37,611 bases of DNA from the IMG/VR virus record IMGVR_UViG_3300045988_036701. One strand, written 5' to 3'. Below, piece by piece: positions 1 through 7,032 of this stretch. The notes beneath the pieces were generated by a model. That model ran no database searches, was not told the DNA's origin, and saw only the letters and a list, made by a program, of their open reading frames with translations. The stretch's first letter is position 1. Each line of letters begins with the position of its first letter. Made by a program: the position numbers and the translations under genes. The stretch is from a virus.

Positions 1-55
1 GGGATAAGACCGGGCTCCATGTGTTGTTAGGTGTAATTGAAGGCAGTACGATCAA
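1..55. repeat. Terminal overlap, identical to 37557-37611 (circular assembly closure)
   Basis: GGGATAAGACCGGGCTCCATGTGTTGTTAGGTGTAATTGAAGGCAGTACGATCAA is present at both ends. It lies inside a continuous ORF. Confidence 0.9.
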
Positions 56-470
56 AGGGTCTAAGATTATCGGCGGTTCCATAAATATCGGTGATGGCAC
101 TTTTGAGGTGGACAGCGACGGATCAGTGATTATCAATTCCGGCGAAATCAACATAGGAAACGTGATGATTACACAGAATTATACATGGCTGGGCGATTTT
201 GGAATATCCAGTACAGGAGATGGTTTGTTTTATAGTCGTGATTCCGGACACTCAGTACAAATCTATTCTATATCTTACCCTGATATGAATGGCCCTGCAA
301 TCGTATTAACTAACGGAAATTATACAACACGTTTGGGATATGGAAGTCTTGATACTTATGATATTACATTACAGGCATTATATGATGAATACGGGCCATC
401 ATGGATAAGCGTATCAGATAATATTATTGAATTATGGAATCGCTTAATAGCACTTGAAAATTCAATTTAG
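1..470 (+). CDS. C-terminal part of the tail-associated lysin / minor structural protein (continuation of 36026..37611 across the circular junction)
   Basis: Same reading frame as 36026..37611 once the 55-bp overlap is collapsed. Stop at 468-470. Joined length is 666 aa. Confidence 0.8.
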   Translation, partial: DKTGLHVLLGVIEGSTIKGSKIIGGSINIGDGTFEVDSDGSVIINSGEINIGNVMITQNYTWLGDFGISSTGDGLFYSRDSGHSVQIYSISYPDMNGPAIVLTNGNYTTRLGYGSLDTYDITLQALYDEYGPSWISVSDNIIELWNRLIALENSI

Positions 471-482
471 AATTGAGGAGGG

Positions 483-511
483 TTGAACTGATGAATAAAA
501 TAGAATATAAT
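483..511 (+). promoter_or_regulatory. Sigma70-type promoter of the moron gene (TTGAAC-17 nt-TATAAT)
   Basis: TTGAAC at 483-488, a 17-nt spacer, and TATAAT at 506-511. It is followed by GGAGG at 521-525 and ATG at 534. Confidence 0.55.
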
Positions 512-533
512 GTAGATAAAGGAGGTGATAAGT

Positions 534-1115
534 ATGTTTATAAAACGACGGTTATTTCTTTTATCTATGTTATTTTCACTATTTTTTTCTATCAATATAT
601 ATGCTATGCCAAAAAACTTAAATACTAAAGAACCTATTTCACCAACACCATTAAATGATAGCAGTTTTCAAGATGGTAATCGATGGACATGGGTGAATGA
701 TAATTTATGTGTACAGTTTCGGACTGGAGGTCCGGTTAATACCGCTATTACTAGGGAACAATTACAAAAAAGATACGATCTTGGCTTATTAAATCACTGG
801 TACGAAGATGGGAAAATAAAAGAGCGTGAAACATATTCCGGTAAATGGTCACAGGACGAAGACGGTATATGGTCATTTGTATTTGATGATAACACAATTC
901 CAGCTGAAATAACTAAGATTGACGATGTTTATTATGCTTTTAATAATTATGGAGAACTACGAGAGGGTGTAGTGTATTATGGAAAAGCGAAAACGCCCTA
1001 TGATAACACTGGAACCCTGACAACCGGAGCCGACGGAGTAGTTAATTCAGACGATCCGGAGTTTCTGGCTTGGCTGGAAACGCAGTACGTACCGGCGTGC
1101 ACGAGTCACGAATAA
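534..1115 (+). CDS. Secreted protein of unknown function with cell-wall-binding-repeat-like segment (moron)
   Basis: ATG 534 sits 8 nt after GGAGG. The N-terminus MFIKRRLFLLSMLFSLFFSINIYA looks like a signal peptide. The segment DDVYYAFNNYGELREGVVYYG resembles a cell-wall-binding repeat. The region is strongly AT-rich and carries its own promoter and terminator. Confidence 0.75.
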   Translation: MFIKRRLFLLSMLFSLFFSINIYAMPKNLNTKEPISPTPLNDSSFQDGNRWTWVNDNLCVQFRTGGPVNTAITREQLQKRYDLGLLNHWYEDGKIKERETYSGKWSQDEDGIWSFVFDDNTIPAEITKIDDVYYAFNNYGELREGVVYYGKAKTPYDNTGTLTTGADGVVNSDDPEFLAWLETQYVPACTSHE

Positions 1116-1131
1116 ATAAGATACTGAACAC

Positions 1132-1161
1132 AGAGCGAGGAATAACTTCCCCGCTCTTTTT
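1132..1161 (+). terminator. Rho-independent terminator after the moron gene
   Basis: AGAGCGAGG-AATAACTT-CCCCGCTCT stem-loop with one mismatch, followed by a T run. Confidence 0.6.
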
Positions 1162-1187
1162 GTATGCCTAAAAAGTGAGGTGATTAT

Positions 1188-1574
1188 ATGGCAGATATTA
1201 GCAAAGAAATACAGGCTTTTCAGGACGCGGAATATGGCGAGGAAGTCCGCGGGTCTATGATATCCCTGGCTGAGAAAGTTAATGACGAAGTTGTAAAAGG
1301 TACTGTTGATGCTAAAGCAGCGGCTCAAAATGCAAATAAGGCGGCAGCTGATGCAGATGCCATACGGCAGGATCTTCAGTACAAAAAGGAAACCGATTAT
1401 TGGAGAGGAAGGCCAGGAGAAAGTGGAATCACTGCTTTAGCTTCTGGAATGTTTACACTGGCACTCGACCCGACGACGTATGACTTGTATGCATATTATC
1501 CGGATGCAGATAATCCCCCCGCATTTGAATATGAGAAAGCGACCGGAAACCTATACTATCTGATCGATGATTAA
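1188..1574 (+). CDS. Tail fibre-associated protein (N-terminal ..AEYGEEVRGSMI.. motif; C-terminal PPAFEYEKxTGNLYY tag)
   Basis: RBS AAAAGTGAGGTG. Position is in the fibre module. The C-terminal tag is shared with the 3167..3388 product. Confidence 0.7.
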   Translation: MADISKEIQAFQDAEYGEEVRGSMISLAEKVNDEVVKGTVDAKAAAQNANKAAADADAIRQDLQYKKETDYWRGRPGESGITALASGMFTLALDPTTYDLYAYYPDADNPPAFEYEKATGNLYYLIDD

Positions 1575-1588
1575 AAGTGAGGTGCAAT

Positions 1589-2062
1589 ATGATAGTAGCG
1601 AAGTTTACAAGCGGCTGCACAACAACGGCTCATGGATTAACTCAGTGGGATTACGGTCAGGAACTTGTACTTGAATGTGCAGGGCTGGAAATACCTGACG
1701 GCACAGAGATCAATTACTATCAGGGGAAATTGTCCAGTATAGCATACATGAAAAGCAATCATGTAATGATTCCCGATATAATGTTGCAAAGTGCTGACGA
1801 CATAACCGCATATGTGTATATCCGATCTCCGGCCAGCGGTGAAACTGTTTTATCTGTCAAACTACCTGTACGGGAGCGGCCGCAACCTGATAATTATGTG
1901 CTTCCAGAGTATAAAGATTATACAAGGCTCCTTCCCCCAGGCGGGGACGCAGGTCAGGCACTTATAAAAGCGACGGATCAGGACTTTGATACACAATGGG
2001 TTGATGATGCAGGCATGGAGGAAATGACAGATGCCGAAATCGATGCAATGTTTTTAAATTAA
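1589..2062 (+). CDS. Tail/baseplate structural protein (BppU-like N-terminus, tentative)
   Basis: ATG 1589 follows the same AAAAGTGAGGTG RBS as the 1188 gene. The motif HGLTQWDYGQELVLE is present. The C-terminal TDAEIDAMF tag is shared with the 2073 gene. Confidence 0.65.
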   Translation: MIVAKFTSGCTTTAHGLTQWDYGQELVLECAGLEIPDGTEINYYQGKLSSIAYMKSNHVMIPDIMLQSADDITAYVYIRSPASGETVLSVKLPVRERPQPDNYVLPEYKDYTRLLPPGGDAGQALIKATDQDFDTQWVDDAGMEEMTDAEIDAMFLN

Positions 2063-2072
2063 GGAGGACCAA

Positions 2073-3152
2073 ATGGGAAAATATTTTTCTTCTGAAAATG
2101 CTATAAGGTATTGGAATAATACAAAGAACTGGGTCATGGATCTTTTTGTGGCTAAGGTTGACGGGAAAGGACTGTCTACAGAGGATTATACTACTGCTGA
2201 GAAAAACAAGCTGGCTGATTTGCATAATACTACTGTAGATAGCGCGTTATCCAGCACATCAACAAATCCGGTACAGAATAAGGCAATCAATACAGCTTTA
2301 GCCGGTAAGGTACCGACAACTCGTAAGGTTAATAACAAGGCACTTTCCGCAGACATTAACCTTACGGCGGCTGATGTGGCAGCGATCCCGGCAGCACAGA
2401 AAGGCGCGGCCAGCGGAGTGGCGGAGCTTGACGCATCCGGGAAGGTTCCCGCAGCGCAGCTTCCCAGTTATGTAGACGATGTTTTAGAATATCCTGCAAA
2501 AAGTAACTTCCCAGCAACGGGAGAAACCGGAAAAATATATGTGTCTACGAACGATAATAAAACCTATCGTTGGAGCGGAAGCGCTTATGTCGAAATAAGT
2601 GCCAGTATTGCATTGGGAGAGACCGCCAGCACGGCTTATCCTGGCAATAAAGGAAAGATAGCTTACGATCACAGCCAGGCGGCACATGCTCCGGCAAATG
2701 CCGAACAGAATGTTCAGTCTGATTGGAGTGTGACAGATACATCATCTGATGCCTATATCAAAGGGAAACCGACCTCCATGCCTGCCAATGGTGGTAATGC
2801 GGCTACGGTTGGAGGACATACCGTAGGGATTGACGTTCCGGCAAATGCAATATTTACAGATACGAAACCCGTTGCCATGAAGGGCGCGACTGCTTCGGCA
2901 GCTGGTGCAGCTGGCTACGTTCCCACTCCGCCAGCTGGATCACAGACAAAGTTTTTGAGGGCTGACGGAACTTATCAAACACCTGCGAACACAACGTATT
3001 CTGCGTTTAAAGGAGCAACCGCCAGCGCTGCGGGTAGCTCCGGTTTGGTTCCGGCCCCTGCTGCTGGAAAGCAGGATAGTATATTATGTGCAGACGGAAC
3101 GTGGGCGGAGCCTTTAACTGACGCTGAAATTGATGCTATATGTGTTGTGTAA
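2073..3152 (+). CDS. Tail fibre protein
   Basis: Fibre-typical motifs are present: STNPVQNKAINTAL, GVAELDASGKVPAAQLPSYVDDV, GETGKIYV and LGETASTAYPGNKG. There are two tandem repeats of the form FKGATASAAG..GxVPxPxAG....ADGTW. RBS is GGAGG. Confidence 0.85.
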   Translation: MGKYFSSENAIRYWNNTKNWVMDLFVAKVDGKGLSTEDYTTAEKNKLADLHNTTVDSALSSTSTNPVQNKAINTALAGKVPTTRKVNNKALSADINLTAADVAAIPAAQKGAASGVAELDASGKVPAAQLPSYVDDVLEYPAKSNFPATGETGKIYVSTNDNKTYRWSGSAYVEISASIALGETASTAYPGNKGKIAYDHSQAAHAPANAEQNVQSDWSVTDTSSDAYIKGKPTSMPANGGNAATVGGHTVGIDVPANAIFTDTKPVAMKGATASAAGAAGYVPTPPAGSQTKFLRADGTYQTPANTTYSAFKGATASAAGSSGLVPAPAAGKQDSILCADGTWAEPLTDAEIDAICVV

Positions 3153-3166
3153 CGAGGTGAGGTCGC

Positions 3167-3388
3167 ATGGGAAAATTTATTAGCAAAGCTAATTTAGAAC
3201 GCATATGGAAAAAAACAAAGGCTTACACAGACAGAAAGTTCGATGATGTTAATCCTATAGGACTGTTTAATTTGCAGTATGATGCTGCAACTGGAAATCT
3301 GTACGCGGTTTATCCTGACGGATCACCGCCGCCTGCATTTGAATATGAAAAGGATACCGGGAACTTATACTATATAACGAGTGATTAA
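3167..3388 (+). CDS. Small fibre-module protein, mosaic of the 2073-type N-terminus and the 1188-type C-terminal tag
   Basis: MGKFISKANLERIWKKTK resembles MGKYFSSENAIRYWNNTK. PPPAFEYEKDTGNLYYITSD resembles NPPAFEYEKATGNLYYLIDD. RBS is GAGGTGAGG. Confidence 0.65.
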   Translation: MGKFISKANLERIWKKTKAYTDRKFDDVNPIGLFNLQYDAATGNLYAVYPDGSPPPAFEYEKDTGNLYYITSD

Positions 3389-3403
3389 GGAGGACTTTAT
3401 AAA

Positions 3404-3886
3404 ATGGCAAGAATTTTAATTGGAAATATAAAACCAACTTTAGTAAACAATGCCCTTACTACACAGGCAGGATTGTACGCCTTAGACGCGGCCATGGGAT
3501 ATACGCTTGACGATAAAATAGGCAAGGTAAGTAGTGATTTAGGTGCGTTAGAAACTAACCTTGCAATATCAAATTACACATATTATCCAGTTACTTCCAG
3601 CACTACTTCCAATGCAGCAACTATTAAAGGTACTGGTAAAGTTATCAGTATTGATGGAGCCTTAACTGCTAAAGCTGGATTATCCATCGAAAAGTGGGGG
3701 AAAACCCTCGTGGGGTGGGTCCCAGAGGGGACAGTCCCAACAAATGATGTGTACTGCTATATGCAAGATAACATGTACATCTTAATTGATACTCAGCGTC
3801 AGGTATGGCTATGCAATAGGACTGCGGCCACTAAAGATGTATCGAATGTCAGCTACCTATATTCGTGCACTTATTTAATACAATAA
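3404..3886 (+). CDS. Receptor-binding tail protein: constant N-terminus (aa 1-46) fused to the currently expressed C-terminal cassette a
   Basis: Strong RBS TAAGGAGG. The N-terminus NNALTTQAGLYALDAAMGYTLDDKIGK is typical of fibre/RBP shoulders. Recombination-site copy A lies at codons 43-46. Confidence 0.75.
   Translation: MARILIGNIKPTLVNNALTTQAGLYALDAAMGYTLDDKIGKVSSDLGALETNLAISNYTYYPVTSSTTSNAATIKGTGKVISIDGALTAKAGLSIEKWGKTLVGWVPEGTVPTNDVYCYMQDNMYILIDTQRQVWLCNRTAATKDVSNVSYLYSCTYLIQ
3529..3543 (+). repeat. Crossover-site copy A (AAGTAGTGATTTAGg)
   Basis: Read as (V)-S-S-D-L-(G) inside CDS 3404..3886. Confidence 0.7.
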
Positions 3887-3890
3887 TCAA

Positions 3891-4167
3891 TTAGACAAAC
3901 TTGAAAATTGCACCTAACTGGATTGAGCCGCTGAACGTACGATCAAAATATACCCGTAACACACCGTTTACAAAGGCTGTGCCGAGTACCTGCACTTGGT
4001 TTACTTGATAGTTGGTATTAAAAACTGATAGTACTCCACCAGACACTTGATCAGATTTGATTGACGACCAGTCCACATAGTTTGCATTATTTACCTGTGC
4101 TATGTAAGCTGCAAATTGTATCTTACTAATTTTAGACTGAGCATCTGATAAATCAGTTCGCACCTCT
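3891..4167 (-). other. Silent alternative C-terminal cassette b (92 codons, no independent ATG or RBS)
   Basis: The minus-strand frame is open from site B to the stop at 3891-3893. The first start-like codon is GTG 4163 with no Shine-Dalgarno sequence. It is convergent with cassette a, with stops 4 nt apart. Confidence 0.6.
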
Positions 4168-4182
4168 GCTAAATCACTACTT
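4168..4182 (-). repeat. Crossover-site copy B (AAGTAGTGATTTAGC on the minus strand)
   Basis: The plus strand reads GCTAAATCACTACTT. On the minus strand it is read E-S-S-D-L-A, in frame with cassette b. Confidence 0.7.
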
Positions 4183-4259
4183 TCACAATTAAGAAACTTG
4201 TTAATCAGAGCTGAAAGGCTCTTATTTTTATACCCGAAAAGGGAGAAAGGAGTCCGTAC

Positions 4260-4640
4260 ATGAAGGACACTATGATCTTAAAAAATGGAACTATTATTGA
4301 ACTGGAGGCAGGCGCAAGCCTGGGAGCCTTACAGGTGGTGGCGACTGATCGGGCGGCCATGGTGGCAACATGGGAGGTATTGACACCAGATAATCTTGCA
4401 GCAGTGCAGATCAAAAACGGAGATGGAATTGTAATCGGAAATTATACTGACCTCGTGTTAGCTTCTGAAACGTCCACGGTATCCGCTGATGGCGCTGTCC
4501 TTACAACGTATAGCCTGCGCGAGAAAACGGACATAGAGAAGCGCCTGGACGCTGTAGAGGAAGGTCAGGCGGTGCAGGATGGGGCAATCGGTGATCTCGG
4601 TGAAGCGGTTGGTACACTGGCGGAAGGAGGTATAGCATAA
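4260..4640 (+). CDS. XkdW-like phage protein (pre-lysis module)
   Basis: RBS GGGAGAAAGGAG. Size and position match the PBSX-type order XkdW-XkdX-XhlA-holin-lysin. Confidence 0.6.
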   Translation: MKDTMILKNGTIIELEAGASLGALQVVATDRAAMVATWEVLTPDNLAAVQIKNGDGIVIGNYTDLVLASETSTVSADGAVLTTYSLREKTDIEKRLDAVEEGQAVQDGAIGDLGEAVGTLAEGGIA

Positions 4641-4750
4641 TGGGGGCATTTTACGGAACACGGATCAGGCGCGGTATTATTACGATTAATGAGGTGCCGA
4701 AGTTTTGGAAAACAAAGACAGAAAAATGGCTGGAAGAGAATCCGGAATAA
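4640..4750 (+). CDS. XkdX-like small protein (36 aa), not in the supplied ORF track
   Basis: TAATG overlap with the previous gene. The product is MGAFYGTRIRRGIITINEVPKFWKTKTEKWLEENPE, which is typical of the short protein preceding holins in Firmicutes phages. Confidence 0.5.
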   Translation: MGAFYGTRIRRGIITINEVPKFWKTKTEKWLEENPE

Positions 4751-4769
4751 CTGACAGGAGGGCTTACAT

Positions 4770-5009
4770 ATGCCTACAGAGATAATGGTGGCTCTGATCG
4801 GGCTGGGAGGCAGTGCAATCGGTACATTCGCCGGCGTGTTTGCGTCGGCGAAACTGACCGCCTACCGGCTAGAGCAGCTGGAGAAGAAAGTGGATAAGCA
4901 TAACACAGTTATTGAGCGGACCTTTAAATTAGAGGAGGCTCAGGCGGTTATGCAGGAGCAGATAAAGGTTGTTAATCACAGGATCAGTGATCTGGAAAGA
5001 GAGGAATAA
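4770..5009 (+). CDS. Membrane-anchored coiled-coil lysis-cassette protein (XhlA-like role)
   Basis: One N-terminal transmembrane segment (VALIGLGGSAIGTFAGVFASA) followed by a coiled coil. RBS is GGAGGG. It lies immediately upstream of the holin. Confidence 0.7.
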   Translation: MPTEIMVALIGLGGSAIGTFAGVFASAKLTAYRLEQLEKKVDKHNTVIERTFKLEEAQAVMQEQIKVVNHRISDLEREE

Positions 5010-5011
5010 TT

Positions 5012-5278
5012 ATGGATTTTGGAATTGCGAGTGTTGCAGGTATCACAGCGCTGTGCTATTTAGCCGCTATGGCGGTTAAGGCAACGACAGTAGACAACAA
5101 ATGGCTGCCGGTAATCTGCGGAGTTATCGGGGCATTACTGGGCGTTGCGGGTATGTATACAATGCCGGATTTCCCGGCAGTGGATATAATCAACGCAGCG
5201 GCGGTTGGAACTGTATCGGGGCTTGCGGCTACCGGTATCAACCAGATTTATAAACAACTTAAGGGTGGCGGCCAGTAA
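5012..5278 (+). CDS. Holin (phi LC3 / Hol44-like)
   Basis: Multiple transmembrane segments, the motif GLAATGINQIYKQLKGG near the C-terminus, and a position before the endolysin. Confidence 0.8.
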   Translation: MDFGIASVAGITALCYLAAMAVKATTVDNKWLPVICGVIGALLGVAGMYTMPDFPAVDIINAAAVGTVSGLAATGINQIYKQLKGGGQ

Positions 5279-5345
5279 CGCTGGAGGTGATCCGCTAATC
5301 TCCCAGCTGGCAGGGTTAGAGCCGGAGCTGTTGCGATCTCGCAAC

Positions 5346-5368
5346 AGTTGTGACGTCACAACTTTTTA
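5346..5368 (+). terminator. 18-nt perfect palindrome AGTTGTGACGTCACAACT followed by TTTTT (terminator-like or protein-binding site)
   Basis: Seen directly, between the holin stop and the endolysin start. Confidence 0.4.
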
Positions 5369-5369
5369 T

Positions 5370-5395
5370 GGGCCTGGGATTCCGGGCCCTTTTTT
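5370..5395 (+). terminator. Rho-independent terminator between holin and endolysin
   Basis: GGGCCTGG-GATT-CCGGGCCC forms an 8-bp stem with one G-U pair, followed by TTTTTT. Confidence 0.55.
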
Positions 5396-5416
5396 AATGA
5401 AAGGATAGGTAAAATT

Positions 5417-6160
5417 ATGAGAGATATTACATTATGCCATCCGCGGCTTCAGGCACTGGCGGGGCGACTCGTGGAGGAGTGCAATAAGCAGGGACTTAAA
5501 ATTAAGATCGGCGAGACGCTGCGGACCGTGGCAGAGCAGGACGCGCTTTACGCTCAGGGCCGAACAAAGCCTGGGCCTATTGTGACCAATGCGCCGGGAA
5601 GTAACTTCAGCTCCTACCACCAGTGGGGGACCGCGTTTGACTTTTTCCGCAACGACGGCTCCGGGGCCTACAACGAGAGTGGCCGCTTTTTTGAGCGCGT
5701 CGGAGCTATTGGAGTCGCCCTGGGGCTGGAATGGGGCGGCAACTGGAAAAGTCCGGTAGACAAACCACACTTCCAGCTTTCAGACTGGGGTAGCACTACG
5801 GCCGGTATTAAGCGGTTGTACCGCAATCCGGATGAGTTTATGCACACCTGGGAGCCGGTGGAAGACCGGATCGGCTGGATCAGTACGCCCAATGGCTGGT
5901 GGTATCGCAGGCCAGACGGGACGTATCCGACGAACAAGTGGGAAGTTATCAATCACCACTGGTACCTGTTTAACGGTGACGGATACATGTGTACGAGCTG
6001 GCACCGGTGGAACGGCAGTGTATGCGATCCGGAAGATGGTTCTGGGGACTGGTACTATTTCGATCCGACCACAGGCGGAGCGTATGAGGGCGCGTGCTGG
6101 CGGAGTCGAGATAATGGAGCCATGGAAATATGGTTTGTAGATCAGGCAGATAGTATATAG
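5417..6160 (+). CDS. Endolysin: peptidase M15 (VanY/L-Ala-D-Glu peptidase-like) domain with C-terminal cell-wall-binding repeats
   Basis: Catalytic-domain motifs TLRTVAEQDALYAQGRT, SYHQWGTAFDF and LEWGGNW..DKPHFQ. The C-terminus carries the repeats WWYRRPDGTY, HHWYLFNGDGYM and DWYYFDPTTGGAY. Confidence 0.9.
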   Translation: MRDITLCHPRLQALAGRLVEECNKQGLKIKIGETLRTVAEQDALYAQGRTKPGPIVTNAPGSNFSSYHQWGTAFDFFRNDGSGAYNESGRFFERVGAIGVALGLEWGGNWKSPVDKPHFQLSDWGSTTAGIKRLYRNPDEFMHTWEPVEDRIGWISTPNGWWYRRPDGTYPTNKWEVINHHWYLFNGDGYMCTSWHRWNGSVCDPEDGSGDWYYFDPTTGGAYEGACWRSRDNGAMEIWFVDQADSI

Positions 6161-6183
6161 TTTTCGTACTTAAGAGCGAAAAA

Positions 6184-6208
6184 GGGGGATGATAATCCAT
6201 CCCCCTTT
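6184..6208. terminator. Bidirectional-looking terminator after the endolysin
   Basis: AAAAA-GGGGGATG-ATAATC-CATCCCCC-TTT. It abuts site copy C. Confidence 0.65.
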
Positions 6209-6209
6209 C

Positions 6210-6224
6210 AAGTAGTGATTTAGC
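6210..6224 (+). repeat. Crossover-site copy C (AAGTAGTGATTTAGC)
   Basis: Read S-S-S-D-L-A, in frame with cassette c. The frame opens only at 6196, directly after a stop. Confidence 0.7.
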
Positions 6225-6759
6225 GGCGGAATATGCTCTTGCCGGTACTACTTTTGTTACTGATTTTAATAATGCCTCCATGCCGGGGCGCTATCGAGTC
6301 TATAACGCCTCAGGGACCGCTGCACATGGTCCATATGCTGGATCAGTTGGTGGTTATGTAGATATCCTTACAGATGGAGATACTGCTGTAACAGGAACTA
6401 AAGTATATCAAGAACTACACGATCACAACGGAGACACATATACGCGGATTAATATAGCAGGCACATCATATGGTGCGTGGGAGCACTATACACAAGACTC
6501 CGATTTGGGAGGCAATCTGCAGCTCCGTTCAAAATTGTACACCGGTTCCGCTGCATCAGGAATTGTCGTTACCAGCCGAAACAATCCCATATCACTGGAA
6601 AATGTCAGTGGACAAATTCTTGCTCATGTAGATAGCAACCAGATCGGGTATGTATCGACATGTCCAACCAACCCGGTCACTTTTACGGTCGCAAATGGCC
6701 GTGTAAAAATGTATGTCGATAATACATTCATGGGGTTTATTACCACCACTACCACTTAA
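6225..6759 (+). other. Silent alternative C-terminal cassette c (178 codons; pyocin/tail-fibre knob-like domain)
   Basis: TDFNNASMPGRYRVYNASG..HGPYAGSVGGYVDIL..YQELHDHNGDTYTRINIAGTSYGAWEHY matches the knob-domain pattern. The internal ATG 6280 is preceded by CCTCC rather than an RBS. Confidence 0.6.
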
Positions 6760-6764
6760 TATGA

Positions 6765-7032
6765 TCATATTGCGGTCCACTGGCTCCATGCGTCAGTACC
6801 ACGGTCATAGTACGTTTTATACATTTTGCCATTTGCGTCGATGGATATCCAAAATTGATTATTTTCTGACACGCGGCCGCCTATTTGGATACCTGCGGAA
6901 ACACTTGTTAAATTCTGTTTATATGGTGTTCCCAGAGTGTTGGCTCCCCAAAGTGCAAAATGTATACCATTTGCCGCCTGCCATGATTTGGAGTCTGTAA
7001 GCACAGTGAGATTTTCCAGTCCGGAAAGGTTC
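6765..7032 (-). other. Silent alternative C-terminal cassette d (89 codons; knob-like tip)
   Basis: The minus-strand frame is open from site D (the stop TAG lies just upstream of it). QFWISIDANGKMYKTYYDRGTDAWSQWTAI is knob-like. The only start-like codon is GTG 7004, with no RBS. It is convergent with cassette c, with stops 5 nt apart. Confidence 0.6.

Noticed and set aside
1-55. The 55-bp terminal repeat as a biological direct terminal repeat or cos end
   Set aside because: It lies within, and restores, a continuous 666-aa tail ORF. The length matches a typical assembler k-mer overlap.
788-800. Fifth copy of the crossover site (TAAATCACTGG inside the moron gene)
   Set aside because: Only 9 contiguous matching bases, with no associated open cassette. 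This is consistent with chance in AT-rich DNA.
5205-5408. Plus-strand ORF of 67 aa spanning the holin-endolysin gap
   Set aside because: It overlaps the holin 3' end in another frame and runs through three hairpins. It has no RBS.
6280-6759. Treating 6280..6759, 3891..4163 and 6765..7004 as ordinary independent genes, as listed in the ORF track
   Set aside because: None has a Shine-Dalgarno sequence. Two start only at GTG. All three frames are open upstream of the listed start, back to a copy of the same 14-mer read in the same frame.
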